Shown one piece after another: positions 24,418 through 39,429 of a stretch of DNA of 64,000 nucleotides. The translations under genes and the position numbers were made by a program. Numbering within the stretch: the stretch's first letter is position 1; the number at the start of each line of letters is the position of its first letter. The notes beneath the pieces were generated by a model. That model ran no database searches, had not been told where the DNA came from, and saw only the letters and a program-made list of their open reading frames with translations. Origin of the DNA: Octopus sinensis (lineage: Eukaryota); NCBI RefSeq assembly GCF_006345805.1, contig NC_042997.1, positions 201,376,001 to 201,440,000 of the forward strand. Direction: 5' to 3'.

Positions 24418-24706
24418 AACAACAGAAGGGGTTTGAGGAGGTCATGTTTTACTCTTAGCATGCCTTTTACAATTATGTGTTATCTTTTACTTGCTTCTGT
24501 CATTAGACTATTGCTATGCTGGGGCAACACCTTGAAAAATTTTAGTTGAGTCAATCTACCCCAGCCTTTATTTTAAAGCCTGGTACTCTACTATCAGTCT
24601 CTCTTTCCAAACTGCTAAGTTATAGGGATGTCAAGAAACCAACACTGGTTGTTGAGAAGAGGTGGAGGACAAACACACACATACACACAAACACACACAC
24701 ACACAT

Positions 24707-24741
<35 letters not shown>

Positions 24742-24926
24742 CATACACACACACATACTTGTGTTAGGAAGGGCATCCAGTCATAGAAAGCACACCAAAT
24801 CTGACTGGAGTCTGATGCAGTTCTTCAGCTTCCCAGCCCAGGTCAAACTTAACTGTCCAACCCATGCCAGCATGGACAACAGATATTCAAAGATGATGAT
24901 GATGATGATATATATATATATGTATG

Positions 24927-24966
<40 letters not shown>

Positions 24967-25261
24967 CCAATGCCAGTGCCGCCTTGACTGGCTTCCGTGC
25001 CGGTGGCACATAAAAAGCACCATCTGATTGCGGTTGATGCCAGCCCACTCTGGTCCCTAAACTAGTGGCATGTAAAAAAGCACCCACTACACTCTCGGAG
25101 TGGTTGGCGTTAGGAAGGGCATCCAGTTGTAGAAACACTGCCAGATCAGACTGGAACCTGGTGCAGTCTCCTGGCTTCCCAGACCCCAATCGAACCGTCC
25201 AACCCATGCTAGCATGGAAAGCAGACGTTAAACGATGATGGCGATGATGATGATGATATAT

Positions 25262-25311
<50 letters not shown>

Positions 25312-25344
25312 ATGCTTGAAATGTCACAGTAGAACTCTCAATTG

Positions 25345-25805
25345 TAGTCTGGCCCTAGGGGACAAATTTCCAATGCATGATTCCACATTTCCAGAGGGGA
25401 CACTGTCGCAGGTCTTCCAGATTGCTCATCCTCTTCCAGAGATGTTCTTCCACTTCTGAAGTGTCCATGTCACTTGAAACATTGTGTACGACCCATTGCC
25501 TCATCACTGTAAGCTTGCTGAGGCATGCTCAAATGTCTCTGTAGCAGACTTACCGAGTTTAAAGCAAAATTCCACATTGACTTTTTGCTTCAGCTTTTTG
25601 TCCATGTTAAAACACAGACTACAGCATACATGGGATCACAAAAACACAAATTTCACAACTTGCAAAATAAACATAGAAATGTCACTCAGCACACTGCCTT
25701 GTGAAGGGCACTGCTAGCTCTCACTGTGCACAAAACCATGTGCTGACATCTGTTGGTGCACTACAAAACTGGTCAGAAAAACACTTTTGATACCACCTTG
25801 AATAT
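25345..25805 (-). mobile_element. Mariner N-terminal (HTH) relic
   Basis: Frameshifted QKVNVEFCFKLGKSATETF...QQAYSDEAMGRTQCFK...FRSGRTSLEEDEQSGRP. Confidence 0.75.
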
Positions 25806-26104
25806 GTAGGTAAAGGTGATGAACTGGCAGAATTGTTAGCATGCCAGGAAAAATGCCAGGAAGAATTTCATCCATCTAAATTCAAATTCCAAGTTAGTCT
25901 TTTGTCCATTTTGTGGGGTCGATAAAATATGTACCAGATAAGCTTTGGGCTTGATGTAATTGACTTACCCGAAAGCCCCTGAAATTGCTGGCCTTGTGCC
26001 AAAATTTGAAATTATTGTATATGTAGGTGTATGTTGTCCTACACAATAATCTTCAGTCATTTATTATCATTTATTATCATTCATTATCATTTATTATAAT
26101 CGCA

Positions 26105-26930
26105 AGAGTGGCTGTGTGGTAAGTAGCTTGCTTACCAACCACGTGGTTCTGGGTTCAGTCCCACTGCATAGCACCTTGGGTAAGTGTCCTTTACTATAGC
26201 TTCAGGCCAACCAAAGACTTGTGAGTAAATTGGTAGGCGGAAACTGAAAGAAGCCCATTGTATATATGTATACAATTTTTTATAATTATGATTATAATTA
26301 TAATTAGGTTTCAGCAAAAAATTTGCTTCACTACATACCGAAAATTTAGAAATAGCAGCCAAACACCTAACTATTTCTCTATCTTAAGAGAATCTCCCAG
26401 ATAACATAATATAAGATCATCATCATCATCATCGTCGTTTAACGTCCGTTCTCCATGCTAGCATGGGTTGGACGGTTCGACCCGGGTTCTGGGAAGCCAG
26501 AAGGCTGCACCAGGCTCCAGTCTAATTTGGCAATGTTTCTACAGCTGGATGCCCTTCCTAACGCCAAGATAATATAATAATATGTATATGTATATATATT
26601 ATATATATATATATATATATCTATATATATATATGTGTGTGGTGTGTGTGTGTGGTGTGTGTGTGTGTGTGGTGTGTGTGTGTGTGTGTGTGTGAGTGTG
26701 TGTGTATATGTGTGTGTTTGTGTGTCTGTGTTTGTCCCCCAACATCGCTTGACAACTAATGCTGGTGTGTTTACGTTCCCATAACTTAGCAGTTCAGCAA
26801 TTAAGATTGATAGAATAAGTACTCGGTTTACAAAGAATAAGTCCTGGGGTCGATTTGCTCGACTAAAGGCAGTGCTGCAGCATGGCCGCAGTCAAAATAA
26901 CTGAAACAAATAAAAGAATAAAAGAATAGC
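26105..26930 (+). mobile_element. SINE A with a PLE-like fragment (about 26290-26410) and an RTE tail (26415-26570) inserted in its internal microsatellite
   Basis: SINE head gagtggctgtgtggtaagtagc...gggttcagtccc; insert 26320-26400 similar to 46835-46920. Confidence 0.8.
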
Positions 26931-27904
26931 TAGGCCTAATAGATTACTATTTTAGTAGTCTGGACCTTTACCACCATAGCCAACTGTTTTAATTAACAGG
27001 CAATTAATATTTAACTATTGCAATGCTATTAATTATTCTACTGAATTATCACACTAACCTTAATTCTTTAATTCTTACATTTATTGTCACACATGAATAT
27101 TTTCTGTTTTATTTATGTAATTATGTTGTATTTTTATTTTCTTTGTCATATGTGTGTATAAATGTGCACACACATATATGTATATGTATATGTATGTATG
27201 TATATGTGTGTTAGCATGATGGACGTGTGAAGTTTTCAATTAGCGAACTAAACAACAGACTTTAAAGAGGTATTGAGTGCTAAGTTATAGCTGCCAGGAA
27301 CTATTGTAACATAACTAGAATTTAGAAAAAAAAAATATTTGAAACAACATATTACTTGCCATTCATTGGAAAAATAGCCGTAAAAATATATAAAGTTATA
27401 TATAAATGAATATATAAACATATAAAAAAACATATATATTGATATATGTAAAAATATATAACAATTTATATAGGAATTGTGTTGGAATAGAGCCAGATTA
27501 TTTTACAGGAAACATATATAACAGGTCATTGCTTCTAGAATAATCTATGTCTGTGAAAGTGGAGAAAGTTTTAGTTAAGTCTCTCTTCTAATGATGTTTA
27601 TTGTTTGTCAGTAATCAATAAACTAAAAAATATATTAGTTAGAGTAGCTTTTGTTGGGTGGGGGGGACTTGGTCCATTTCATTTAGTTTTGTGGTTGCAG
27701 AGAGATTTTTTTTTAGGGACTTTTGTTTTATTTTTGTTTCTTTATTCAGTAAAAATGTAACACAATATTATTATAGTAGCTTCAGGAGAGATTTGGTCCA
27801 TTTCGTTTATTTTTTAAGGTTTTTTTGTTTTTTTTGTTTAGAATAAAAGGGTAAAAATATATTATATTAATTACAGGGGCTTCAAGGCTTTAATCACATA
27901 CACA

Positions 27905-28310
27905 TAGGAGTGGCTGTGTGGTAAGTAGCTTGCTTACCAACCACATGGTTCAGGGTTCAGTCCCATTGCATGGCACCTTGGGTAAGTGTCTTCTACTATA
28001 GCCTCGGGCCGACCAAAGCCTTGTGCGTGGATTTGGTAGACGGAAACTGAAAGAAGCTCGTTGTGTATATGTATATATATATATATATGTGTGTGTGTGT
28101 TTGTGTGTCTGTGCTTGTGTTTGTCCCCCTCAACATCGCTTGACAACCGATGCTGGTATGTTTACGTCCCCGTAACTTAGCGATTTGGAAAAAGCAACCG
28201 ATAGAATAAGTACTAGGCTTACAAAGAATAAGTCCTGGGGTCGATTTGCTTGACTAAAGGCAGTGCTCTAGCATGCCCACAGTCAAATGACTGAAACAAA
28301 TAAAAGAGAG
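27905..28310 (+). mobile_element. Intact SINE A (other intact copies 36135-36545 +, 41890-42295 +, 57105-57515 -)
   Basis: A-box TGGCTGTGTGG, B-box GGTTCAGTCCC, central (TA/TG)n, tail ...atgactgaaacaa.taaaaga. Confidence 0.9.
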
Positions 28311-29143
28311 GCTGTACAGGTGTAACAATACTATGTTAAAAGCACCAATTTGGCCCCAAATAAAAAAAGCACCCATGCCTGACATCATGTAAAAGACACT
28401 CAGTACACTCTGTTAAGTAGTTGGCATTAGAAAGGGCTGGATGCCTCTCCTGTCATCAACCCTCACCTGTTTTCAAGCAAGGTAACATTTTCCTCATGGC
28501 CAGACATGGAAATAAAAGGCACCAGTCAGTCACAAAACATTGACACCCATTTAACAAATTAAAATTTGTCAATTGAAGGAAAGACAAACATATATAAAAA
28601 CACCCAAGCATGCACATACACATACATACACAATGGACTTTTTTTGATTCCCATTGACCAAAGAAGTTAGAAAATAATAAACATGAATGGATGGATTGCA
28701 GAGTGATGAGAGGGAAAGAGATAAGTGAGTCTAAAGAGCGTGAGTGGAGATAGTAAAAGAGCAATCAGTTCTGAGGAACAGAGGCCACTGTAGTAACAGT
28801 AAGAAAAGGCAGAGAGTGGACACAGGATGTCTGAGGGGATGGAGGTTGGGAGTCAGGATGACTTAAGTAGTTTAGCATCCTTTAACCCTTCTGCATTGGT
28901 TGTCAAAGAATAAGGGTCAGTGCCCTTGTTCTTTTTTATTTCCTTTCAGACATTGCTGAGCCTCCGCAGATAAGTAAAATAAATTACTTGTTTGGGTTAG
29001 TAAATTAGTAATTAGTTGATTGGCATCTCTCACGTCCAAGATGTTCATGTTTTAATCTTATTCAAGCTTCGAAAAGTTTTATATGACTGACAAAAAGCCT
29101 TGTGAGTGGACTTGTATCCAGATGGAAACTGAAAGAAGGGTGA

Positions 29144-29193
<50 letters not shown>

Positions 29194-29479
29194 GTACCCT
29201 TATACTGACATCGTAGGCTGGCAGTAAACAAGCTTCACAGTCATAAAAGCAATGTTTTCATTTCCAGTCTTCCATGAAAAACATGTGCAGCCATGGGGAA
29301 GTATTATCTTGCTTGGAAACAGGTGAGGGTTTGTGACAAGAAGGGCATCCAGCTGTAGAAAATCTGCCTCAACAAATTGCATCTGACCCATGCAAGCATA
29401 GAAAAGAGGAGGCTAAATGAAAAACAAAAGGACAACAAAAACAATTAAGCCCCTAACTTTGTACCCCTGTGTATGTTGT

Positions 29480-29755
29480 TGTTGTTTGTTCCTTCTCGAG
29501 CCATACCTGGCTCATAAGGGGCAGTTTTCCAGTTTAATTGGCATATAAGTTCCCCACCTGGATGGGAAGCTGGTCTGTCACAGGTGAGCTGCTAGATGCA
29601 GGAGGGAAGAGCAAGAGAAAGTTGTTGCAAAATCGTCAGCGTGGAGCTTAGGTGTTTCACTCATAAACGCATTCACACTGCCGCTCTGATATTCGAACCC
29701 ACAATCCCTTGACCATGAGTCCGCTGCTCTAACCACTAGGCCATGTGCCACCACA
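29480..29755 (-). mobile_element. tRNA-derived SINE family C (related copies about 59460-60015, 7575-7655, 58440-58665)
   Basis: Minus-strand head gtggcacatggcctagtggttagagcagcggactc...gggttcgaat. Confidence 0.7.
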
Positions 29756-32292
29756 TCCCTTAGGGTACAGGTTAATAAATACCGTGACCAATAATCCTTT
29801 TTATTATAGACATAATGACTGAAATTTTGGAGAAGGGGGATAATCGATTATATTAATCCCAGTGCTCAACTGGTACTTATTTTATCGACCCCAAAAGGAT
29901 GAAAATCAACCCCAGTAGGATTTGAATTCAAAACGTAAAGGCAGAAGAAATGTTGTTAAGCATTTTCTCTGGCATGATGTTGTTACTGCTAGTTCTCAGC
30001 CTTTTACAGTGATTCAATAACAACAACAACAACAACAAAAAAATAGATGAATATGGATTTTTCTTCTTACCATTTCCAAAGACCAACGAAATTAAACTAT
30101 TTTGGATTTGTGATCCTCGACCAACAAAGATAGACCAAATGATGATAAAGCATCATATAGAAGACTGGAATTTTCCAAACCACTTCGAGATCTTTTTATT
30201 TATTTATTTATTTATTTATTTATTTTTTTTTTACTACTATTTTCCCATTCAACACATTAGTCTGTTCCATGCCCACCACACACACAACTCATATTATATT
30301 AAATAGGAATGTAAATCTTCAAATTCTTGCTTTAATATATTCCAAAGTCAGGCTTGTTTTATGGCTATTATTACCAAGCAACAGCCAGCCATATTTTCAT
30401 ATAAATTATTGTATGCATCAATTTGAATTAGGTGATCAATAAGCTGGATATTCCGTCAACCTTTACAATGGATCATCTATAAATTTCATTTCTTCAATGC
30501 TTAGTCTTGAATAATCTTACCAAGTTGTTGCAACATCACCAATCATGCAGTCGTGTTGGAATACAAAGAAAGAATCTACTTCAAAATGGCTTCCTATAAG
30601 TCTTCTGCAAGACTGTTAGAAGATTAGTCTTAACTTTACATTTGTAATTTACTGAATGTTAATTAAAACGAAACAACCAGAGTGAACTATTTTCCGTGTA
30701 ACATAGTATGAATATTCTGCTGTGTCTGGGGAGAGTCAATTGTAAATTTACTTTATACATTACAAGTTAATGATTTCTCTGTGCCTGATGTGAACTCATC
30801 AGTTCACTCTCCGGAGTGGTTGGTGTTTGGAAGAGCATCCAGCAGTAAAAACCTTGCCAAAACTGACCTTGCCTGTGCTTGTGCCATTTAAAAAGCACTA
30901 AGTCCACTCTGCTGGTGGTTGGTGTTTGGAAGGGCATCCAGCTATAAAAACCTTGCTTGTGCCATGTAAAAAGTACTACTCACCTTCAACACACGAACTC
31001 ACATGACGAATCTTGCAAACCAAATCCAAAAATGAAAAATAACTCAGAGCACAAGAACAGTGGGTGAATATGGTAACCCAGAGGGTTTCATGGGGGAACC
31101 ACAACCGAATTTGCCACCACCAGCAGATTGCTAGGGGCACCAACTGAAGAAAACCAAATACCAGGACTTGATTGAATGATGACATGCTCAGCCTTGCTTC
31201 TCGATGAAGTCAAATGCCACAGTTTTGCTGGAAGCCTAGGCTGCTATTTCTTGCAGAAGATTGGTTTGGAATCCAAACAACTGAAGCATGTCATGGGGTA
31301 GACAACCATGTCAGCTGAGACCTGCTCAAAGACAGAATCTTTCTCTTGGCAAAAGTTAATCTAGCGTTTGCTATTTGACTCTGTGAAGCATACAGGTTTT
31401 CAATATGGAAAGTGCCCACCCCCATGGGGTGCCTAGCATGTTGAAAGGGATCTTAGGTTTTAGGGGGCGGTGAGGTAACATAATTAACCTACTAAATTTT
31501 ACCTGTAATACTAATTATACTGTGCAGGATAAAACTAGTAATGGTTCATCATCATCGTTTAACATCCACCTTCCATGCTGGTATGGGTGGGACAATTTCA
31601 CAAGAGCCAGCAAGGCCGAAGCCTGCACCAGGCTTCTGTGACTGTTTTGGCAGGATTTTCACAGCTGGATGCCCTTCCTAACACAAACCACATTACATTG
31701 TGGACTTAATGCTTTTTATGTGGTACAAGCACAAGCAAGGTCAGTTTTGGCAAGGTTTTTACAGCTGGATGCCCTTCCTAACACCAACCACATTACATTG
31801 TGGACTTAATGCTTTTTATGTGGCACAAGCACAAGCAAGGTCAGTTTTGGCAAGGTTTTTACAGCTGGATGCCCTTCCAAACACCAACCAATCTGGAGAG
31901 TGGACTCATGAGATCTCATCAGGCACAGAGAAGTCATTAACTTGTAATGTATAAAATAAATTTACAACTTTTGTCTTTGTTGAGTTTTTATCATTTCACT
32001 GTTAAAAACTTATACAATCCAAATTTATAAATTATAATCCATGTGAAGCTAGTTTAGTTATGTTACCTCACTCGCCATTTAGGTGGGTGCTAAGCATAGC
32101 AACTACTTAAAAGTGGGGCCCTACAAAAAAGAAAAACGATCAAGTACCACTGGGCTATGGGGAGAAATGCTTATGACTCTGAGATACTTGCTGAAGATAC
32201 AGAAAGGTTTCAAACCCTATGATAGTTTTAGTCACTTCAGAAGAGCTTGTAGCATCTTTAAACAGCCTTCACAACTACTTACAGATCCTCAA

Positions 32293-32326
<34 letters not shown>

Positions 32327-32959
32327 GTTTAACGTCCACTTTCCATGCTAGCATGGGTTGGATGTTTTGACTGAGGACTGGCAAACCAGATGGCTGCACC
32401 AGGCCCCAATCTGATCAGGCAAAGTTTCTACAGCTGGATGCCCTTCCCAACGTCAACTGCTCCGAGAGTGTAGTGGGTGCTTTTACATGCCACCAGCACG
32501 AGGGCCAGTCGGGTGGTACTGGCAACAGTCATGCTCAAATGGTGTTTTTTACATTCCACCTGCACAGGAGCCAGTCCACTGGTACTGGCAACGACCTCAC
32601 TTGAATGTCTCTTTCACGTGCCACCAGCACAAGTACCTCTAAAGTGACACTGGTAACGATCATGCTCGGATGGCGCTTTTTACGTGCCACTGGCACATTT
32701 TAGGATAGAATATCTTTCATGTTTATTTTGCAGTCATTCGAAAGGTTGATGTCATAATGACTTACTCAGTTCTTAATTTCTTATTTGACCATAAAAATAA
32801 ACAAAGATGACAAGCAGAGTCTCACTTGATAGGGAAGATTAAAATGTCTCTACGTTTGAGATGTGTGAATGTTAACAAGATTATTATCGGTTGGGGGGGG
32901 GGGATGTTGTTGGAGGTGGGAGGGGGAAGTGAACTATTAACCTCATCTTTTGAGATAAT

Positions 32960-34510
<1,551 letters not shown>

Positions 34511-36957
34511 TTTAACGTCCGTTTTCCATGCTTTTCTACTGTAAGTACAAGGCCCGAAATTTTGTGGGAGATCGACCCCAGTATGCAACTGGTACTTAAT
34601 TTATCGACCCCAAAAGAATGAAAAGCAAAGTTGACCTCGGCGGAATTTGAACTCAGAATGTAAAGACAGACGAAATACTGCTAAGAATTTCACCCAGCAT
34701 GCTAACATTTCTGCCAGCTTACCATTTTCCATGCTGGTATGGGTTGGACGGTTTCATCTGTGTTGGCAAGCAGGAGAGCTGCACCAGCTCCAGTCTGATT
34801 TGACATGGTTTCTATAGCTGGATGCCCTTCCTAATGCCAGCCACTTTACAGTGTGTGCTGGGTGCTTTTTACATGGCACTGACACATGACTGCCGCAGGT
34901 CAATCCTCTTCAGCAGGGAAAGTGACCTTAACACCTCAGCTATGCAGTTTGGGTTTTCTTGGGTATTGGAAGCTTTTTCCATGGCACCAAACAAGATTTG
35001 GAAAAAAAACCCAATTCTTTTATGGTCAAGGTGCCACACAGCGGCTTCAATCCCACTGCGTGGCATCTTGGGCAAGTGTCTTCTACTATAACCTCGGGCC
35101 GACCAAAGCCTTGTGAGTGGATTTGGTAGACAGAAACTGAAAGAAGCTTGTCGTATATATGTATATATATATATGTATGTATGTATGTGTGTGTATATAT
35201 TTGTGTGTCTGTGTTTGTCTCCCCAACATCGATTGACAACTGATGCTGATGTGTTTACGTCCCCGTAACTTAGCGGTTCAGCGAAAGAGACTGATATAAT
35301 ATGTACTAGGCTTACAAAGAATAAGTCCTGGGGTTGGTTTGCTTAACTAAAAGGCGATGCTCCAGCATGGCCATAGTCAAATGACTGAAACAAGTAAAAG
35401 AGTAAAGAGTAAATGGTTGGCTAATTCATTAATGATAACAAACACCCCCATCTCACCACCCGTGATCACTACCTGTGCAGGTCCCTCCTCTCTATCTTCC
35501 ATGCCTATTTGGATACTCTACCATCCCACCCACTCCCTGCCAGCCATCCCAATTTCTCTCGCCATTACTTGTTACAGACACCTCTTCCCCATCCTTAAAC
35601 TCCCCATTTTTACACTCTTATGGAACATCCCTCCTCTATACCCCCTCTGTACCAATATATATTCCCCCTACACTGCTTTCTGGGGGTAGTTCTTGATTCT
35701 TCTCCAACACAATCTTTTTCTCTATCTTTCTCCTTAACACTGGCTCTCCTTCCTCGCCTTCCCTGTTCCACTGGGGAGCAAAGTGTCACCTTTATAGTAG
35801 GACACCTACCTCTAACTTATTTTTACTCTCACTCCCCTCACCTGGCATAAAACCACTTCCCATCCCAGCCGAGGGGTCGCCGTCTCGTGTGCTGCTTGTT
35901 GACCCCACTAGAGGCAGTGCCACTTAAAAAGCAACCAGTACACTCTGTAAAGTGGTTGGCATTAGGAAGGGCCAGAAACCAGGCCAAAGCAGACAATGAA
36001 GACTGGAACAACTCCCCGTATTTACCAGCTGCTGTCAAACCATTCCACCCATGCCAGCATGGAAGATAGTTGTTAAATGATGATGATGATGGTAGTGGTG
36101 ATGATAATGATGATGGCAGCAGTGATGGAATATTAGGAGTGGCTGTGTGGTAAGTAACTTGCTTACCAACCACATGGTTCCGGGTTCAGTCCCACTGCGT
36201 GGCACCTTGGCCAAGTGTCTTCTACTATAGCCTCAGGCCAACCAAAGCCTTGTGAGTGGATTTGGTAGACGGAAACTGAAAGAAGCCCATCGTATATATG
36301 TATATATATATGTGTGTGTGTGTATGTGTTTGTGTCTGTGTTTGTCCCCCCAACATCGCTTGACAACTGATGCTGGTGTGTTTACGTCCCCGTCACTTAG
36401 CAGTTGGGCAAAAGAGACTGATAGAACAAGTACTAGGCTTACAAAGAATAAGTGACTAACTCGTGGGGTCGATTTCTTCGTCTAAAGGCGGTGCTCCAGC
36501 ATGGCCACAGTGAAATGACTGAAACGAGTAAAAGAGTAAAAAGCGAAGAGTTTATTTTTGGCATAATTCTTGTCTTAAGATACACTAAAATATGCTTCAC
36601 ATCTTTGACACAACCAGAAAAAAATATTCAACAAAATTAAAACATTTGACAGAATATTTATTGAATTCATATAAGTTTCATTTTCTTCTTTAATATATTT
36701 TTCTCTCCATGGAAAGTCTAATGCATATTTTCCATTTTAATGTGTGGCTAAGCTGTTGGGTAAATGAAATTTCGTCACTCCAACTAAGTTTCACAATAAA
36801 ATTCTCAATGTTTATTAATAAAAAGTATTTTAGCTGCTAGTTTCAAAGCTACTTATGATATAAATATATATATGTCATATTAACATGAATGACAATCTTA
36901 AGTGTTCGATATCTAATTAAATGAGTTATGGAATCATTTCTGAAACATTGTAATAAT

Positions 36958-37004
<47 letters not shown>

Positions 37005-37067
37005 CAATAATAATAATATAATAATAATAATTATTATTATTATTATTATTTTATTATTATTATTATT

Positions 37068-37735
37068 ATTTATGGGTTTTTCTTCTTCTTTCAAATTTGC
37101 TTCCATTTCTTGCCGAGTGTCTTCCCGACTCCTAGGGCAAAGAAACTCATAGTATACATTGGTAGGCCATTAAACTAAACTCACTAGTTCGTTCATTTTT
37201 TTTTTTTTTTTGATAGAAATAAAGTTAAATTAAAATACATGGGTAGTAATAGTTCTCACAGCGACAATGCTCTTCTCAATATGTGTGATGTACCAGTTAA
37301 GACTTCTTGCAGGGATGGTAAGCCAGGGATCATTCTCATATAATTTTCGGTTCTATTTTTGATCATTCCTAGTGCTCCTACGATCACTGGTATTGTAACC
37401 GCCTTGAGATGCCACATTTTCTCAATTTCAATGAGCAGGTCTTTATATTTTCTGAGCTTGTCAAATTCTTTCACAGAGATATTATGATCACAGGGGATGC
37501 TCATGTCGATCAATAAGCAAACTTTATTGTCTGGTCTTTCACAACAATATCCGGTTTATTGGCTTTGATGGTTCGGTCTGTATGTACTAGAAAGTCCCAC
37601 AGAATCGTTACATTTTCTGCTTCAGTTACAGCTTCAGGGTGGTGATTGTACCACTTGTCAGCAGTTTTGATATTGTAATGCCGACTTATTAGCCAGTGTA
37701 GATATTGGCCAACTCTGTCATGTCTTAATTTATTA

Positions 37736-37766
<31 letters not shown>

Positions 37767-38458
37767 ATTATTATTATTATTATTATTATTATTTATGGGT
37801 TTTTCTTCTTCTTTCAAATTTGCTTCCATTTCTTGCCGAGTGTCTTCCCGACTCCTAGGGCAAAGAAACTCATAGTATACATTGGTAGGCCATTAAACTA
37901 AACTCACTAGTTCGTTCATTTTTTTTTTTTTTTGATAGAAATAAAGTTAAATTAAAATACATGGGTAGTAATAGTTCTCACAGCGACAATGCTCTTCTCA
38001 ATATGTGTGATGTACCAGTTAAGACTTCTTGCAGGGATGGTAAGCCAGGGATCATTCTCATATAATTTTCGGTTCTATTCTTGATCATTCCTAGTGCTCC
38101 TACGATCACTGGTATTGTAACCGCCTTGAGATGCCACATTTTCTCAATTTCAATGAGCAGGTCTTTATATTTTCTGAGCTTGTCAAATTCTTTCACAGAG
38201 ATATTATGATCACAGGGGATGCTCATGTCGATCAATAAGCAAACTTTATTGTCTTGGTCTTTCACAACAATATCCGGTTTATTGGCTTTGATGGTTCGGT
38301 CTGTATGTACTAGAAAGTCCCACAGAATCGTTACATTTTCTGCTTCAGTTACAGCTTCAGGGTGGTGATTGTACCACTTGTCAGCAGTTTTGATATTGTA
38401 ATGCCGACTTATTAGCCAGTGTAGATATTGGCCAACTCTGTCATGTCTTAATTTATTA

Positions 38459-38460
<2 letters not shown>
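37068..38460 (-). mobile_element. Tandem duplicate (722-bp period) of an R4/Dong-like LINE 3' end
   Basis: RHDRVGQYLHW, KPDIVV, LIDMSIPCD, KLRKYKDL and PVIVGALG; ORF ends at 37256 and 37978. Confidence 0.92.
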
Positions 38461-38494
<34 letters not shown>

Positions 38495-38534
38495 GTATTA
38501 GTATTAGTATTATTATTATTATTATTATTATTAT

Positions 38535-39098
38535 TGCCTTTGCACAGCTTCTAATGCTGGAGACGTACCACAGTATCAGCTGTTCACAACCAGTGAACTA
38601 ATGTAACACCCCTTATTTTTCGAGCACCTTCCGGAGTATTCAAGCAGTTCCAAGCAGTGCTGTTTTCTGCAAGTCCTCCACCCTTATTGCAGCCCCTATT
38701 TGTTCCATGTACTTCTCAAGGTTTTTGCTAACTGTTCCCAGTTTGACCTTCACCAGTTGAGCATGTCCCTTAGTGGCTGAAGATATGTGCATCTCTGATC
38801 ATGAGCAGAAGTAGTGGGGGAGCTTCTGTTGAGAGGAATTTCGAGGGTTTGAATAATTAACCTTTGGAAACATGGTTGTTTTGTTCATCATCCTTAAACA
38901 ACCCTTATCCAATAACCTTTTGAAGTCATACACTGTTTATCTTTGTAAGAGATTATTAAGTCATACACATATGGTTGTGATGCATGTGTCTGGTGTACCC
39001 TTATCAGATGGGTAGTCATGATGGGTATATTGGGCTTTGTATATTTGTATCTCAGTGTCACTTTGATGACATGCACTGCTCTCTCACTCAATAATAAT

Positions 39099-39129
<31 letters not shown>

Positions 39130-39164
39130 CAACAACAACAACAACAACAACAACAATAATAACG

Positions 39165-39195
<31 letters not shown>

Positions 39196-39405
39196 ATGGA
39201 ACAAATAACGGCCACAATAAAGTACACAGAATAAATAGGGGCTGCAATAAGGGTGGAGCACTTGCAGAAAACAGCACTGCTTGGAACTGCATGAATACTC
39301 TGAATGGTGCTCAAAATGTAAGGGGTGTTACCTTAGTTCACTGGTAGTGAACAGCTGACACCGTAGTAGTACATTTCCAGTGTTAGAAGCAGTGCAAAGA
39401 CAATG
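38535..39405. mobile_element. Inverted pair of Dong-like 3' ends (38535-38742 minus; 39192-39405 plus) around a family X fragment
   Basis: gaacaaataggggctgcaataagggtggag.acttgcagaaaacagcactgcttggaactgc present in both orientations. Confidence 0.8.
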
Positions 39406-39429
39406 ATAATAAAATAATAATAATAATAA

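Noticed and set aside
29680-29755. tRNA-like sequences with A/B boxes (also 7575-7655, 58600-58665, 59940-60015)
   Set aside because: SINE heads with decayed cloverleaf, joined to SINE bodies; not tRNA genes
30071-30190. Minus-strand GTAAG donor with upstream unique sequence
   Set aside because: All three frames contain stops and there is no acceptor
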